NCBI RefSeq assembly: GCF_964213995.1
Contig: NC_135815.1
Span: 16,306,001 to 16,370,000, forward strand
Direction: 5' to 3'
Length of the DNA stretch: 64,000 nucleotides
Origin: Mustelus asterias
Taxonomy: Eukaryota
Below are positions 37,385 through 51,137 of this stretch, in pieces. Numbering within the stretch: position 1 is the first letter of the stretch; every line of letters begins with the position of its first letter. The position numbers and the translations under genes were made by a program. Below the pieces are notes generated by a model. The model had not been told where the DNA came from. It saw nothing but the letters and a program-made list of their open reading frames with translations, and searched no databases.

Positions 37385-40300
37385 CTGAGTAAAGTTAATA
37401 TTTGGACCACAGCAGGCAGCCATTATTGAACTAACACCTCCCCAACAGAGAGGGCAACATGACAAAATTGCCAGTCTTGCGATACCGACACTCCCTCCCC
37501 ACTTATAAAAACTTATACATTAAAATGTGAAATGTGCAACTAAACCAACACAACAATAGCTAAAATTTAACAGATTGGGTTGCATATCTTTTTTTATGCT
37601 GTAATCGCAACCAAACCATATATGACTGAAATCTACAGAGCAATTTACATGCAAAAAGAAAACGTTTAATTATTATCATTTGACATTAAATAATGAAGAA
37701 ATTAACTTATCTATTCTTCCTCACAGTACGCCATTTATCTGGCTTCTTTCTCTTTCTATCTGGGTATCTCCTATTTCCATTAGCTGGACTCTGCTCTCCC
37801 AGTATCTCCGACTGTCTCACACCTGAACTTTGACTTTGACTTTACCAATAATTGGGACTGTAACGCCAATTGGTTTGTCTTCATCAAAGAGCCTGACTCA
37901 CTTTGGTGTACGGGTGGGTTCTGTAATATTGGCAAAATTTCAGTTTATTTTTTACTTTCACTTTCTTTCTGACTTTCACTTTGGGCTGTGGGGGGGAAAT
38001 TGGATTATAGATCGGTTATCATGCTCTCCCTAGATCAGATTTCTCTTTCAAGCAAATGATCGACATTATACCGACAAGGTCCCTGTACAGCCTTCACTAA
38101 ATATGTCAATGCACCTAGTCCCAATCGCACATTTCTCCCTATCACCTGGGGCGGCATGGTGGCACAGTGGTTAACACCGCTGTCTCACAGTGCCAGGGAC
38201 CCGGGTTCAATTCCAGCCTCAGAGGGTCACTGTCTGTGCGAAGTCTGCACGTTCTCCCCGTATCTGTGTGGGTTTCTTCTGGGTGCTCCAGTTTCCTTCC
38301 ACAATACAAAAATGCGTGGATTAGGTTGATTGGCCATTCAAAACTGCCCCTTTGTGTCAGGGGGACTAGCAGGGTAAATATGTGGGGTTACGGGGATAGG
38401 GCCTGGGTGGGATTGTTGTCAGTGCAGGCTCGATGGGCCAAATGGCCTCCTTCTGCACTGTAGGGATTCTATCATGATAGGATGGTTTTTCACAATGACT
38501 TCTGACTAACGCTGAACTCTTGAAGTTTCATGCCTGGTGTATTCATGACTTTGTGTTTGCTTTTCTCTTATCTTGCTACTGATATCAGACTTCAGAAACT
38601 AAACCTTGTCTTAGGAGAATGTATAAATACCAACTCATAAAGTGAGCAAAATGTTGTAGGGTGTGGGTTATTGTGTGAAAGAACAGAAAATTATCTCGCC
38701 TGCATAGAAGGGAAACATGGAAATTACTGCTCAGTTCTGTCACAAATTGAAATAACTCCTCCAAGGCTGGTGTCTCTTCACCAAATTGAGATTTATTTAC
38801 ATAGTAAGCAACGCTCAGACAGGTACTTCCTCATATAGAGTATAAACCCAGTAACCTGACACTCCACATTATGTACACATGCAGGGCTCCCTGACTGGTC
38901 AAGTCATTAGAGCTCGTACTCTAAGAGGTCCACATTGTGGGCCTCGTTAAAGTCACAACACGCATGTTTCTACAAAGACCTCTTCACAATCTGCACACTT
39001 CTTTCTGCTCCTCCATTCGATGCTGGGTGATAATGTGATATTAGAGTGTGTGACAACTTCACTTTCATTCAGTAATATTTCTAACTCTTCTGACATCAAT
39101 TCTGGACCATTATCTGAAACCAGCGTCTCTGGCAACCCAAAAATTGCAACCCAACTTCTCAAAACCTCAGCAGTTTTGGCACTTGTGTCATTGGGCATAG
39201 ACTCAACATGTATCCACTTGCTAAAATTGTTGACCAAAACAAAGTACTCTGTCCTTTCCACTTCAAAGAAGTGTATTCACTTCAATGGTTCTCGTATCTT
39301 TGACCATGGAATCAAAGGAACCTTGGTTGGATCATTTCTCATTCCTGGACACACTTCACAATATTTTACCAGCTCTTCAATATCTCTATTGACCTTTGGG
39401 ATACTGAAAATGGTTCCTTGCTCCTGCTTTCATATGGGCGCTCCCTGTGTGCCCTTGATGAAGCTTCTATAACAATCTTTCTCTAAACCTTGGTGGAGTA
39501 ATGACTCTGAAAGCCTTTGAAGGTGGCCTTGATCAACAATCAGTTTATTTCTACCTGTGAAATGCCTCCTGCAATCTCTCACCAACACACTCTTCAGAGC
39601 AGCCATTCGAGATAGAAATTGAGCACGTTACTTTGTGAGTTTCTTTACTAATTTCTCTGGCAGACGCAGGGATGTCATTGGTGTGTGTGTAAAGTATTTC
39701 ATATGTAAATCGGTGGCTAAAATTTAATCAGTGTCCACAGGAAATTCACATTTGCTGATGTACGATATTTTAATATCGTACTGAGGGGTCATCAAAACCA
39801 ACGCCCATCTCTGAAACCATGCCGCTTCTCGGAATGGTACTCTCTCCTTTGAACCAAGCAAGTACCATCGTAAGGGCTTGGTGATCAGTTAACAAAATGA
39901 ACTTCCTACTGTATAAGTATTTGTGGAATTTTGCAATGCCATTTTTAAAAATTAATTCATGGGACACAGTGGCTAGTCCAGCATCACCCATCCCTAATTG
40001 TGCCCGAGATGATCGCTAATGCCTCTTTTTTAACTTCATAGAAAAATCATAGAAACCCTACAGTGCAGAAAGAGGCCATTCGGCCCATCGAGTCTGCACC
40101 GACCACAATCCCACCCAGGCCCTATCCCCATATCCCTACATATTTACCCGCTAATCCCTCTAACCTACGCATCCCGGGACACTAAGGGGCAATTTAGCAT
40201 GGCCAATTAACCTAACCCGCACATCTTTGGACTGTGGGAGGAAACCGGAGCACCCGGAGGAAACCCACGCAGACACAGGAAGAATGTGAAAACGCCACAC

Positions 40301-41580
40301 AGACAGTGACCCAAGCCGAGAATCGAACCTAGGTCCCTGGAGCTGTGAGGCAGCAGTGCTAACCACTGTGCTACCGTGCTGCCCAACTTGTGGGTAACTT
40401 GTGGGTAACTTTCCCCTGGCTATATTAACATATTTTTGGGTGGCACAGTGGTTAGTACTGCTGCCTCACAGTGCCAGACCGGGTTCAATTCCAGCTTTGG
40501 GTGACTGTCTGTGTGGAGTTTGCACTTTGCACTGGAGTTTGTAGGGATTTTATGATATGTGAAGCATATGCTACAGCTTCCTCTGTGCCGTCTTCCATTA
40601 TAATCCCCCCCATCCCCTGCGGTGAGGTAGCGCACATTAAAACTAATTCCTTCCTGAGGTCATAGTTGCTCAAAACAGCATCGCGAGTCAGTGCATTCTT
40701 CACTTCTTCAAATGCTTTCTGACGCTCCACAGACCCCTCCCAATCTACTCCATCTAAGAGAGTTGACACAATGGAGTGTGAATGTATCAGCTAGTCTGGG
40801 GGTGAACTTGGAATAATTCCCAAGACACCCTGTGAATGTTGTAAGTTCTTCTCTGGTCTCATTGCTTTTACAACCCCCTCAACCTACGGGCGGCATGGTA
40901 ACACAGTGGTTAGCACTGCTGCTTCACAGCGCCAGGGACCCGGGTTCAATTCCCAACTTGGGTCACTGTCTGTGTGGAGCTTGCACGTTCTCCCCGTGTC
41001 TGCGTGGGTTTCCTACGGATGCTCCGGTTTCCTCCCACAGTCTGAAAGAAGTGCTGGTTAGGTGCATTGACCCAAACAGGCGCCGGAGTGTGGCGAATTG
41101 TGGCGGAGGGGAATTTCACAGGAACTTAATTGCAGTGCTAATGTAAGACTTACTTGTGACTAATAAATATACTTTGCTTTATTTTTTACCTTGTCCTGCT
41201 TTAGGCACCATCACCCTCCAAATGGACACTATGAAAAAACATTTCTGTTTCTAGCTTTTGATGTCATACTCTTGAAGTCTTTGTCTAACCTGACCAAGTG
41301 CTAATTCTCTGGCTCACTGCTCATTAGGCAGTCATCGAAGAAGCAGCCCAACCCTTTCATCCCATTCAGTACCTGATCCACGATATTCTGGAATACTGCG
41401 GGAGCAGTAGACACCATGATCCCCTTTCGTACTGGTATAACCCTTTGTGTGCATGAATGATAAACAGCTCCTTAAATCGTCAGTGAATTCTAATTGACAA
41501 ATCTACCTTACTGAATGTTAATGTCATGTCAGTTACACTGTTACAGTTAAGAGAAATAGGTGATGGATATTCATTATCTT
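37385..41580 (-). mobile_element. Decayed Ty3/Gypsy LTR retrotransposon (RT-RNaseH-integrase, PPT, start of 3' LTR)
   Basis: RT VSTAPAVFQNIVDQVLNGMKGLGCFFDD (about 41330-41415); QKAFEEVKNALT...VAYASH (40485-40769); KFHKYLYSRKFILLTDHQAL (about 39870-39940); integrase FSKWIHV...FGLPETLVSDNGP (38953-39261). Polypurine tract ggggagggag followed by TG at 37490. Interrupted by several SINEs and a solo LTR. Confidence 0.87.
38738..38960. mobile_element. Solo LTR of the same family, within the Gypsy integrase region
   Basis: TGT...ACA ends and motifs shared with 11713-12269; no clear TSD. Confidence 0.55.
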
Positions 41581-41726
41581 AGTGTGCATATAAATAGGGG
41601 ATAGCTGGGACACTGGGGGGAGTGGCATGAAGGCTGTGATTATAGACCCCTCAAAGTTTAAATTTATATATTAGTGCCACAAGTAGGTTTACATTAACAC
41701 TGCATTGAAGTTACTTTGGAAATTTG

Positions 41727-42021
41727 GCTTGATTTGATTTATTATTGTCACATGTATTGTATACAGTGAAAAGTATTGTTTCTTGCATGCCAAGAGAGTA
41801 CATAGGGCAGAAGGAAAGGAGAGGGTGCAGAATGTAGTGTTACAATCATAGCTAGGATGTAGAGAAAGATCAACTTAATGCGAGGTAGGTCTATTCAAAA
41901 GTCTGATGGCAGCAGGGAAGAAGCTGTTCTTGAGTCGGTTGGTAGATGTCATCAGATTTTTGTATCCTTTTCCCGACGGAAGAAGGTGGAAGAGAGTACG
42001 TCCAGGGTACGTGGGGTCCTT
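41727..42021 (-). mobile_element. Rex1/Babar 3' fragment inserted into a type-B HE1 tail
   Basis: Same family; splits an HE1 into 41653-41722 and 42022-42112. Confidence 0.78.
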
Positions 42022-42119
42022 AAAAATCCCCTAGTTGCAACACTCTGGCGCCTGTTCAGGTACACTGAGGGAGAACTTAGCATGGCACCTAACCGGCACG
42101 TCTTTCGGACTGAGGGGAA

Positions 42120-43535
42120 AAGCTTCTTTCTATCTCCTCCTATCCATGTCCTTCATCGTTTTGTACACCTCAATCAGTTCCCCCTCAGCCTTCTCTGCTC
42201 TGAGGAAAACAACCCCAGCCTAACCAGCCTCTCTTCATAGCTGAAATGCTCCAGCCCAGGCAGCATCCCGGTGAATCTCCTCAGCACCCTCTCAAATGCA
42301 ATCACATCCTTCCTATAGCGTGGTGACCAGAACGGCACTAATTACTCTGGCTGTGACCAAACAAGTGTTTTATACAGTTCTGTCACAACCTCTCTGCTCT
42401 TTTATTCTATGTCTCAGCTAATAAAGGCAAGTATCCCACAAGACCATAAGACATAGGAGCAGAATTAGGCCACTCGGCCCATCGAGTCTGCTCCGCCATT
42501 CAATCATGGCTGATTTTTTTCTCATCCCCATTCTCCTGCCTTTTCTCCATAACCCCGATCCCCTTATTGATCAAGAACCTATCTATCTCTGTCAATGACC
42601 TGGCCTCCACAGCATTCTGCAGCAAAGAGTTCCACAGATTCACCACTCTCTGGCTGAAGAAATTCCTCCTCATCTCTGTTTTAAAGGATCACCCCTTCAG
42701 CCTGAGGTTGTGCCCTCTGGTTCTAGTATTTCCTACTAGTGGAAACATCCTCTTCACGTCCACTCTATCCAAGTCTCACAGTATCCTGTAAATTTCAATA
42801 AGATCCCCCCCTCATCCTTCTAAACTCCAAACGAGTACAGACCCAGAGTCCTCAACCGTTCCTCATACAACAAGCTCTTCATTCCAGGGATCATTCTTGT
42901 GAACCTCCTCTTGATACTTTCCAAGGTCAGCACATCCTTCCTTAGATATGGGGCCCAAAACTGCTCACAATACTCCAAATGGGGTCTGAGCAGAGCCTTA
43001 GACAGCCTCGGAAGTACATCCCTGCTCTTGTATTCTAGCCCTCTCGACATGAATGCTAACATTGCATTTGCCTTCCTAACTGCCGACTGAACCTGCACAT
43101 TAACCTTAAGAGAATCTTGAACAATGAATTCCAAGTCCCTTTGCGTTTCTGATTTCCTAAGCATTTTCCCATTTAGAAAATAGTCTATGCCTCCATTCCT
43201 CCTTCCAAAGTGCATAACCTCACACTTTTCCACATTGTATTCCATCTGCCACTTCTTTGCCCACTCTCCTAACCTGTCCAAGTCCTTCTGCAGCCCCCTG
43301 CTTCCTCAATACTACCTCTCCCTCTACATACCCTTGTATCATCTGTAAACTTAGCAACAGTGCCGTCAGTTCCTTCCTCCAAATCGTTAATGTGTATTGT
43401 GAAAAGTTGTGGTCCCAGCACTGACCCCTGAGGCACACCACTAGTCACCAGCTGCCATGCCTTTTGCCAGTCAACCAATCCTCTATCCATGCCAGGATCT
43501 TACCCTTAACATCATGGGCACTTAACTTATTTAAC
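42120..43535 (-). mobile_element. Two adjacent CR1 fragments (RT C-terminus and 3' tail)
   Basis: TSGVPQGSVLGPQLF, AKFTDDT, RPHLEYCEQFWAPY; tail at about 42441. Confidence 0.88.
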
Positions 43536-44639
43536 CGTTGCCTTCCCATATGACTTCTTCAAAGAATTACAGCTTTTGATTTAAAAACAGATGTTCATCC
43601 ATCATATGGGACTGCAACAAGCTGCATTTATATTGTGGCATTGATGTAGTGACATGTCCCTGGGCACTTCATTAAGGGGCAGAGGATGGAAGGGAGATCA
43701 AGCGGGAACCGGGAAGAGAAGTGGGAGTAGATACATCCAGAGGTAGGCTCTGAGAAACCTAGGGAAAGCAGAGCTCTGACTGTTGAAGGCTCCGACCCCA
43801 ACAGTGCAGCCGAGTGTGTTGGAGAGGGAGTCGGGAGAAAGGTACAGAAATCCCAAACTTCAAAGAGGCAAAGGGGACATTGGCTGGAGGAGGTTACAAA
43901 GATGGATTGATACTGCCAACCAGCAGTGGAAGAAGGTTATGCAGCATGAGTTAACGCATCAGTTAAAACGAAAGGAGGCAGCGGAATGTGTCAATCGAAG
44001 CATAATTAAAATTTTGCTCATGGGTTACGACAGGGAAGGTTCACAATAATGACGCTATCTTGCAGCCCAATCTCATTGAAGTGCCAAGGATTCCATATCG
44101 GAAAAACATGCTGAAATTGCCTTTGTATGATAAGAATCTTGGCAATTATGAGGGCAATAGTGCGGTAAGACCTGGTGCAAATTTCTCTGTCTAGAATTTT
44201 AATATATTGAAAGTGGATGGCCTCTGTTAATACAATAGACAGCAACATTTGAAACAAATGTGCTGAACACACATGAAAATATCGCAAGGCATTGCACCTG
44301 TAGCCATCCTGACCTGCCTACGCCTTTAACACTCATTCCTGGAAAGCAACAGGGCAAGCAAGCATTCCAAAGGATAAAGGATTTACAGGGGTCGCTAGGA
44401 GGATGTGCACAAATGTCATAATTATCTGGATAAAATCTTCTTCTTCAGCGATCACTCGCTAATGATTACATTGTCCACCTAAGAAATTCCGGCCAGGATT
44501 TTCCCGTCCCGCCTGCCGCGGGAATCGTAGCAGGCGGGACACGTACAATGCTAAAGTCTGTTGACCTCGGGGGAGGGGGGGGGGGGAGGTTTCTGGTCTC
44601 GGGGCGAGCGCAGCAGGAAAATCCCGCCCCCTGTGTCAC

Positions 44640-45130
44640 TGGCCGTGGGTTCTGTAGCTCCTTCGATGGCTGATGAGCCGAATCCCAGGGCTGCACCTTT
44701 GACCCCACACTCAGCAGGTATTTCCGGGGGCAGCGTTTCGTCCTGAGGCTCAAGATTGCTGGCATTCCTTTCTCAGGTTCCTTTTCTGGGCCTCCTCTTT
44801 CCGTCGGGTGTTCTTGAAGAATTGTGTCCGTTTAGTCAGGAGGTTCCTGCAAGTGGGTTTCTTCTGAGCAAGTGTCTCCCAGGTGTTGACGGCTATCTTG
44901 ATGCCTTTGAGAAGTGCTTCCGCTGTCCTCCTCTTGTTTGGGAGTCATCTTGAGTTGCACAAGGAAGATTTGCTTTGGCAGTCAGAACTCTGGCACCCTA
45001 ATCCCATGGCACTGAATCTAGAAACAGAATGAAGGCAGAATTTGACAGGACCTATCTTCCAGTCCTGTGGTGAGGCAGGATGATGGGTCTGATCAGCATT
45101 GCAACAACCACATTTAAAATATCTTTGTTT
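44640..45130 (-). mobile_element. Highly decayed RTE-like LINE fragment
   Basis: Reverse strand shows RLPKQI- and GGQRK-like remnants. Confidence 0.45.
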
Positions 45131-47444
45131 TCAGTCCACTAGGAGAGTCCTTCTAAACCTCCAGCCATAATGGCCTGGAACTGATGGAAGGGACAATTAT
45201 GACCAGCACTCACTGAGTGTAGGGAAAGGCCATTGCCTATGGCATGGCCAAGGCCAAACCTATTGCTGGCACCCTCTTTGAAAGGAGCAACCCGCCCGCT
45301 TTCAGATGCTGCATTTGCAAAGTTGCTGGAACAAGTTCTGGAAACTGAGATTAGGCCTCGAAGACACTGAGTGAGTGGCCAGCAACTGGGTATGGACGCT
45401 GCACTGCTGCGCAGGATAGACCAAAATCCCACCCAGCTATTTGACCCTCAAATGGTGTAAGATGTGCCAGGAAGCAAGCAGAATGATGCAGTCAGAGCCA
45501 GTATCAGACCATGGCGGCCAGCTCACAACGCAGCACAAAGAAATCCAGGAACGACTTGCCCCGAGACGTTGGGCGGGATTTTCCACACCCTCCCCTGGCA
45601 TGTTTCATCGCAGTGGAGGCAGCCCTCCATTAGCCAGCGATGGGATCTTCTGGTCTCGCCGCTGTTAACGGGGTTTGCCGCTGTGTGCAACCCCAGCCGT
45701 TCGCTTGAATTGAAAAACCAACACTCCCAATTACTCCCCGTCTCCCCGCACAGGAAAACTCTGAGAATGAGTCAAGTTCTAGAAGATACCAAGAGCAAAG
45801 ATAAGTACAGCACAGGAACAGGTCCTTCGGCCTTCCAAACCTGTGCCAAAAAAAACTAAATTCCATCAGCTGCCCTGGCAGGATTTGAACCCAGGTCCTC
45901 AGAGCATTAGGCTGAACCCCAGTACTCCTGTTGCAGTGATATTACCACTCTGTCACCATCTCCCTCCCCCGTTATACACTATTATGGAAGGGGAAATGCT
46001 GAGGTCAAAACATTGCTTCTAGGGAACTAACCTAGTTGTACTTTATTTCAATGCTTTCCAGGAATGTTCCGTTATGATGGAATGGAGTAAACAGGTGAAA
46101 AGATGGCCTGAGGATGGCAGCAGAAAGACCAATTGAGGGGATGCGTACCTGGTCAGTGCATTCTGCAAATAAGATTAGGACGACACAGTGGCTCAGTCGT
46201 TAGCACTGATGCCTCACAGTACCAGAGATCCGGGTTCGATTCCCGCTTGGTTCACTGCCTGTGCGGAGTCTGCACATTCTCCCTATGTCTGCGTGGGTTT
46301 CCTCCGGTTTCCTCCCACAGTCCCAAAGATGTGCTGGTTAGGTGCATTGGCCATGCTAAATTCTCCCTCAGTGTACGGTGGCATTGTGGCACAGTGGTTA
46401 AACTGCTGCCTCAGCAGCCCCAGGGACCCAGGTTCAATTCCCAGTTTGGATCACTCTCTGTGTGGAGTCTGCACATTCTTCCCATGTCTGCAGGGGTTTC
46501 CTCCGGGTGTTCCGGTCTCCTCCCACAGTCCAAAGATGTGCAGGTTAGGTGGATTGGCCATGCTAAATTGCCCCTTAGTATCAGGGGGACTAGCTAAGGT
46601 AAATACATGGGATTATGGGGATAGGGCCTGGGTGAATTTGTGGTCAATGCAGACTTGATGGGTCGAATGGCCTCCTTTGCACTGTAGGGATCCTACGATT
46701 CTGTGTACCCGAGCAGGTGCCTGAGTGTGGCGACTCGGGGATTTTCACAGTAACTTCATTGCAGAGTTAATGTAAGCCGACTTGTGACTAATAAATAAAC
46801 TTTAAACTTAAAGATCGTCTCGGGTTATCCCACAGAATCCATTTGTAAAGGACCTGTTGTGTATTATGACAGCAGCAGTCCTGGATAAAAGAGTTACCTG
46901 GAAGCCATGGAGCTAGTTTACCGGAAACCAAACAGGGGAAAGTGGTCATTGCAAAGCCCGACAAGAGACAGGGCAGCAGCAAGCGAGTTCCCACCCTGGA
47001 CCGTGCACACGGTTCACTGTTCCCTGGCAAATGTGCAAGCGAAGTTATTTTCCGGAGCTATTCTGCATCTGTGTCCATTTACCCAGAACAACGAAATAGC
47101 AGACAAAGCAATCTTACAGGAATGTGTTAACACCAGCAGAGGAAATGAGACTTGAAGCATGATAACGTGCCTGCTCCGCAGCTCAGTACAGTCTTTGAGA
47201 ATAATATGTCCACACAATCTGACCTCATGGATTCAGGTTTCTTTTATACAGCGCGCCATTATTACTTAGACTCAAGTCAGCTGCTCAGAATTTAGAAATC
47301 TCAAATTACCCACCAATCCCTCATTCCGACTGAGTGAGAAAACTAACAAAGCACAGACTCTATATTAGCGGGTCTGGCGAGACAGGGCGAGCGATGCTGG
47401 AGTTTGTTTCAAAACATGGGCTACCCTCTGCCAGGTAATAAGCT

Positions 47445-48382
47445 GGGTGGAATTCTCCCATGCTGAGACAAAGTGCTGTGGAAGATACGGGAATGTTGAG
47501 CGATTCCCCCCGTGTTGGCTGGCAGGAAAACACGCCGAATCGTACAGCTCCCGGGTAGATATACACCCAGGTGTTTCACTCTGTATTCAATGGCAGGGCA
47601 GGCCTGGATGGCATGTAGTCCATCGTCATGTCCGGGTGTCGTATTGAAAAGGTGTCCAACATCACTGATCCACTGTTGAGGAATGAAGGTGGACCACTTG
47701 AAAATGAAGATAGATCTCAGGGAGCAATCTGAGACCAGAAGGTGGACCTCCTGAGAACAAAGATAGATCTCCTGCAACATTCCAAGGCTAGAAGATGATT
47801 TGATTTGATTTATTGTCACATGTATTAACATACAATGAAAAGTCTTGTTTCTTGCGCGCTATACAGACTAAACATACCGTTCATAGAGAAGGAAACGAGA
47901 GAGTGCAGAATGTAATACTAGAGTCATAGCTAGGATGTAGAGAAAGATCAACTTAATGCAAGTTAAGTCCATTCAAAAGTCTGACAGCAGCAGGTAAGAA
48001 GCTGTTCTTGAGTCGGTTGGTACGTGACCTCAGACTTCTGTATCTTTTTCCCGATGGAAGAAGGTGGAAGAGAGAATGTCCGGGGTGCGTGGGGTCCTCA
48101 ATTATGCTGGCTGCTTTGCCGAGGCAGCTATCTGCACGCGACATTGTTCCAAACGTGTTCCCCGCTGGCATTGTGGAGAATTTGGCTTGGGGTGCCAGGC
48201 CTCCATTTGTGTCCCATTAACAGAATGCAAATGAAGTTTACGCCAGCCTCCGACCTGCCACGGCGGGCACCAGCAGAAGATCCCACTGTCAATTCACGCC
48301 AGCGTGAAGCCGATTTCCTGCCATATTCTCCGGCCATGCCCGATATCCAACACGCCGGCAAGGGCTTGGGAGAATCCCACCC
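47445..48382. mobile_element. Harbinger-like MITE interrupted by Rex1
   Basis: TIR gggtggaattctccca / tgggagaatcccaccc. Confidence 0.68.
47796..48126 (-). mobile_element. Rex1/Babar 3' fragment inside a MITE
   Basis: DPTHPGHSLFHLLPSGKRYRSLRSRTNRLKNSF. Confidence 0.83.
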
Positions 48383-49083
48383 AATAAAGCGGGTTCAGAG
48401 AAAGTGCATTCGAGTGTCGTTCTCCAGAACACCAAGTCTACAATACCTTATTTTTATTTTAATAAGTATCAGCCTTTCTAGTGTACGTATATGCGGGGGG
48501 GGCAGTGAGTAAATTTAAGGAGGAGTTAGACAGATTTTTAATTGGTAATGGGTTGAAGGGTTATGGGGAGAAGGCTGGAGAATGGGGATGAGGAGCATGT
48601 CAGCCATGATTGAATGGCGGAGCAGACCCGATGGGCCGAATGGCCTAATTCTGCTCCTATATCTTATGTATAGTACTTGGGTTAATTTTCACTATTCTGA
48701 CCTTTTTCAACTGAAGCCTGTGGTTTAGATTTACCCTCATCATAAGTAATGACCATGGTATATGGCAATGCTACAATGAAGGTACCACTCTAATTGGAAG
48801 AAAATAGAGCAGATAAAAAGATCTGGGCTAACTTACTGGAGATCAGCTAGCTAACTGGGTATGTCAGACCAGCGCCTTACTTCCCACAACAGATAAGGCA
48901 GCTCAGACACTGAGAGGCAGAAACTGCTGGAAACTGATAGAATTTACTCACAAATGTCTTCCATCGCGTGCAGGTCTCTGCAGTGACACAGCTTGTTTTG
49001 ATGGTCAGCTCTTTAACACAGTATTACCCAGCCCCGCCCACTGCACTGCAATACGCCCCATCACTGAAAGGCCTTACAACTTA

Positions 49084-49390
49084 GGGCGGCACGGTGGCAC
49101 AGTGGTTAGCACTGCTGCCTCACAGCGCCAGGAACCCGGGCTCGATTCCAGGTTTTGGGTCACTGTCTGAGTGGAGTCTGCACATTCTCCCCGTGTCTGC
49201 GTGGGTTTCTTCTGGGTGCTCCGGTTTCCTCCCACAGTCCGAAAGACGTGCTGGTTAGGTGCACTGGCCAGGCTAAATTCTCCCTCAGTGTACCCGAACA
49301 GTTGCTGGAGTGTGGTGACCAGGGGATTTTCACAGTAACTTCATTGCAGTGTTACTGTAAGCCTACTTGTGACACTAATAAATTAACTTA
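49084..49390 (+). mobile_element. HE1 V-SINE, type-B tail (representative). Others: 1078-1380(-), 1972-2260(+), 5950-6232(+), 7470-7675(-), 12388-12672(+), 18908-19185(-), 21931-22130(+), 29542-29745(+), 31247-31565(+), 40888-41180(+), 46183-46810(+), 54052-54342(+)
   Basis: Pol III A/B boxes (tggcacagtggtt, ggctcgattcc), V-domain, tail aattctccctcagtgtacccg...gcctacttgtgacactaataaa. Confidence 0.9.
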
Positions 49391-49947
49391 AAATTTTTAA
49401 ACACTTGACTCACATTACAAAGCTCCAAACTGTTTCAAACAATACATTTAAGCAAAGAAACATTTGTGCGAAGAATTACACTGACAAGTACAGGTTTTCA
49501 GCTGAGCTCATAATGTGGCCCACATATGTGTGCTAAATTAATGCACAAGTTTCTGTCCTTTGCAGACAGAAAGAACAGGTACACACATTGCGCCTGTTTC
49601 AGCTAAACTAAATATCCATTCTCTAGTTCATTCCCAGTATGCTTGGTTTGAACTGAAACAAAGCTTGGCAGTGAACTGTCAGCCATCAGTTCACTGGTGC
49701 ATTCTCCATGGCCACACCTCTACTAATCGGAGTCCACTTCCCAAACAATCACCATTCATTTCTCGTGCAGTATAAACTGTTGTTCCATTTACATTTGGTA
49801 CTCTTGCAAATTATCCTGATGAGTGCAAGTCATAAAGCTTTGACTGCATGTGTCTTTTTTCAGCAATACCAAAGAAATTTGCATTGAAAAGGGTGCTTTA
49901 CATGACGCTCGGACATCCCAGAATGCTTCACAGTTAATGAAGTAAAT

Positions 49948-51137
49948 TTAAAATCTGAAATAAAAACATAAAGTGCCGGAAAATCTTGGCAAATCTGGTA
50001 GCTGTTGTGGAGAGAGAAACCGAGTTAAAGGGGGGGCAATCTTACCTTCTTGTCCCGTCAATCGATGGGCGGGGTGAGCCGGTAAGATTGCGAGAGAGGC
50101 GAAAAATTGGGTGTGCGCCTTATTTCTTGCCTGTCACAATCTTACCGGGCTCGGATATCCAGCGAGATCATCCTCGTGCCCGAAAAGGGCTCAAGGCTGA
50201 CTGTAATATCTTATATCAATGTTAATCTTGATTTAAATATTACAAGTGAACCCGGGATGCAATCGTCCAGGTTCACTTGCCTTAGCAGCCTCACCCGTGA
50301 AGGTCCTCACCGGCAAGGATCATGTCTGATTCCCCCATCAATGGGGACCTGTTGTGATGGCCTCGCTGGTAGGACCAGAGGCCATTGAGCCCCCCCCCCA
50401 CAGGAGGTCAGGGGTGGAGTTGGGCAATGCCTCTTAGACAGTGCCAGACTGGCACCATGGCTGTCACCAGGCACTGGGCAGTGCCAAGGGGGCGAGGGCC
50501 TGACGGGGGCGGGACTTACGGGGAGAGGGGTGCATAAGGATGGGTGTGGGGGGGTGCACTGTGCACTCTGCAGCTGCCAATTGGCAGAGGGGACCCCGAT
50601 CAACCAGGCCGGGCAGGTGGGGGGGGGGGGTGGTGGTGGTGGTGATCGCTCACAGAGGCGAGCGATCACGGGGGGTGCGATTGGCCATGGAGGCCAGCAA
50701 TCATGGGGAGGGGGGGAAGGTACGCGATATACAAGGGGGCGGAGGTGACTAGTACACAGATGTACTGTGTACTATCTGCACAGTTCAGATATCTGCGCAT
50801 GTACAATTGCGCACTCTACTATCAGCAGCCGGCTTTCCGGTGAGCTTAAGACCCGCCCACAACCCCGACTAGCAGGAAATAGATTTAGCACAGAGTGGCA
50901 TCAGATTGGACTTGTGGCCTCGCTGAAAAAAAACAAATCTTAAATTCTCCCATTTTCACACTTATTCGGGACTTAAAATTTTTTTGGTAAGATCGTCCGC
51001 AACATGTTGAGTCCGTATGACTCTTCTACAATGACTCGAAATGTTAACTTTGAATCTCTCTCCACAGATACTGCCAGACTTGCCGAGTTTTCTGTTTTTC
51101 TTTCGGATTGCTAGCATTTCCAATATTTTGGTTTGAT
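49948..51137. mobile_element. Second Penelope-like inverted-repeat element, split by a MITE; relatives at 19415-19665 and 20140-20262
   Basis: Left arm (aaatctgaaataaaaac...ggagagagaaaccgagttaa) is the reverse complement of the right arm (ttaactttgaatctctctccacagatactgccaga...); degenerate hammerhead-like gagtc..gactcgaaa centre. Confidence 0.55.
50031..51000. mobile_element. PIF/Harbinger-like MITE (longer relative of 25806-26347)
   Basis: TIR ggggcaatcttacc / ggtaagatcgtccgc; subterminal gagccggtaagattgcgagagaggc shared with 25806-26347. Confidence 0.72.

Noticed and set aside
49810-49870. CTGATGA followed by aaagctt, hammerhead-like
   Set aside because: The GAAA core and stem II are not intact; at most a decayed Penelope-type end.
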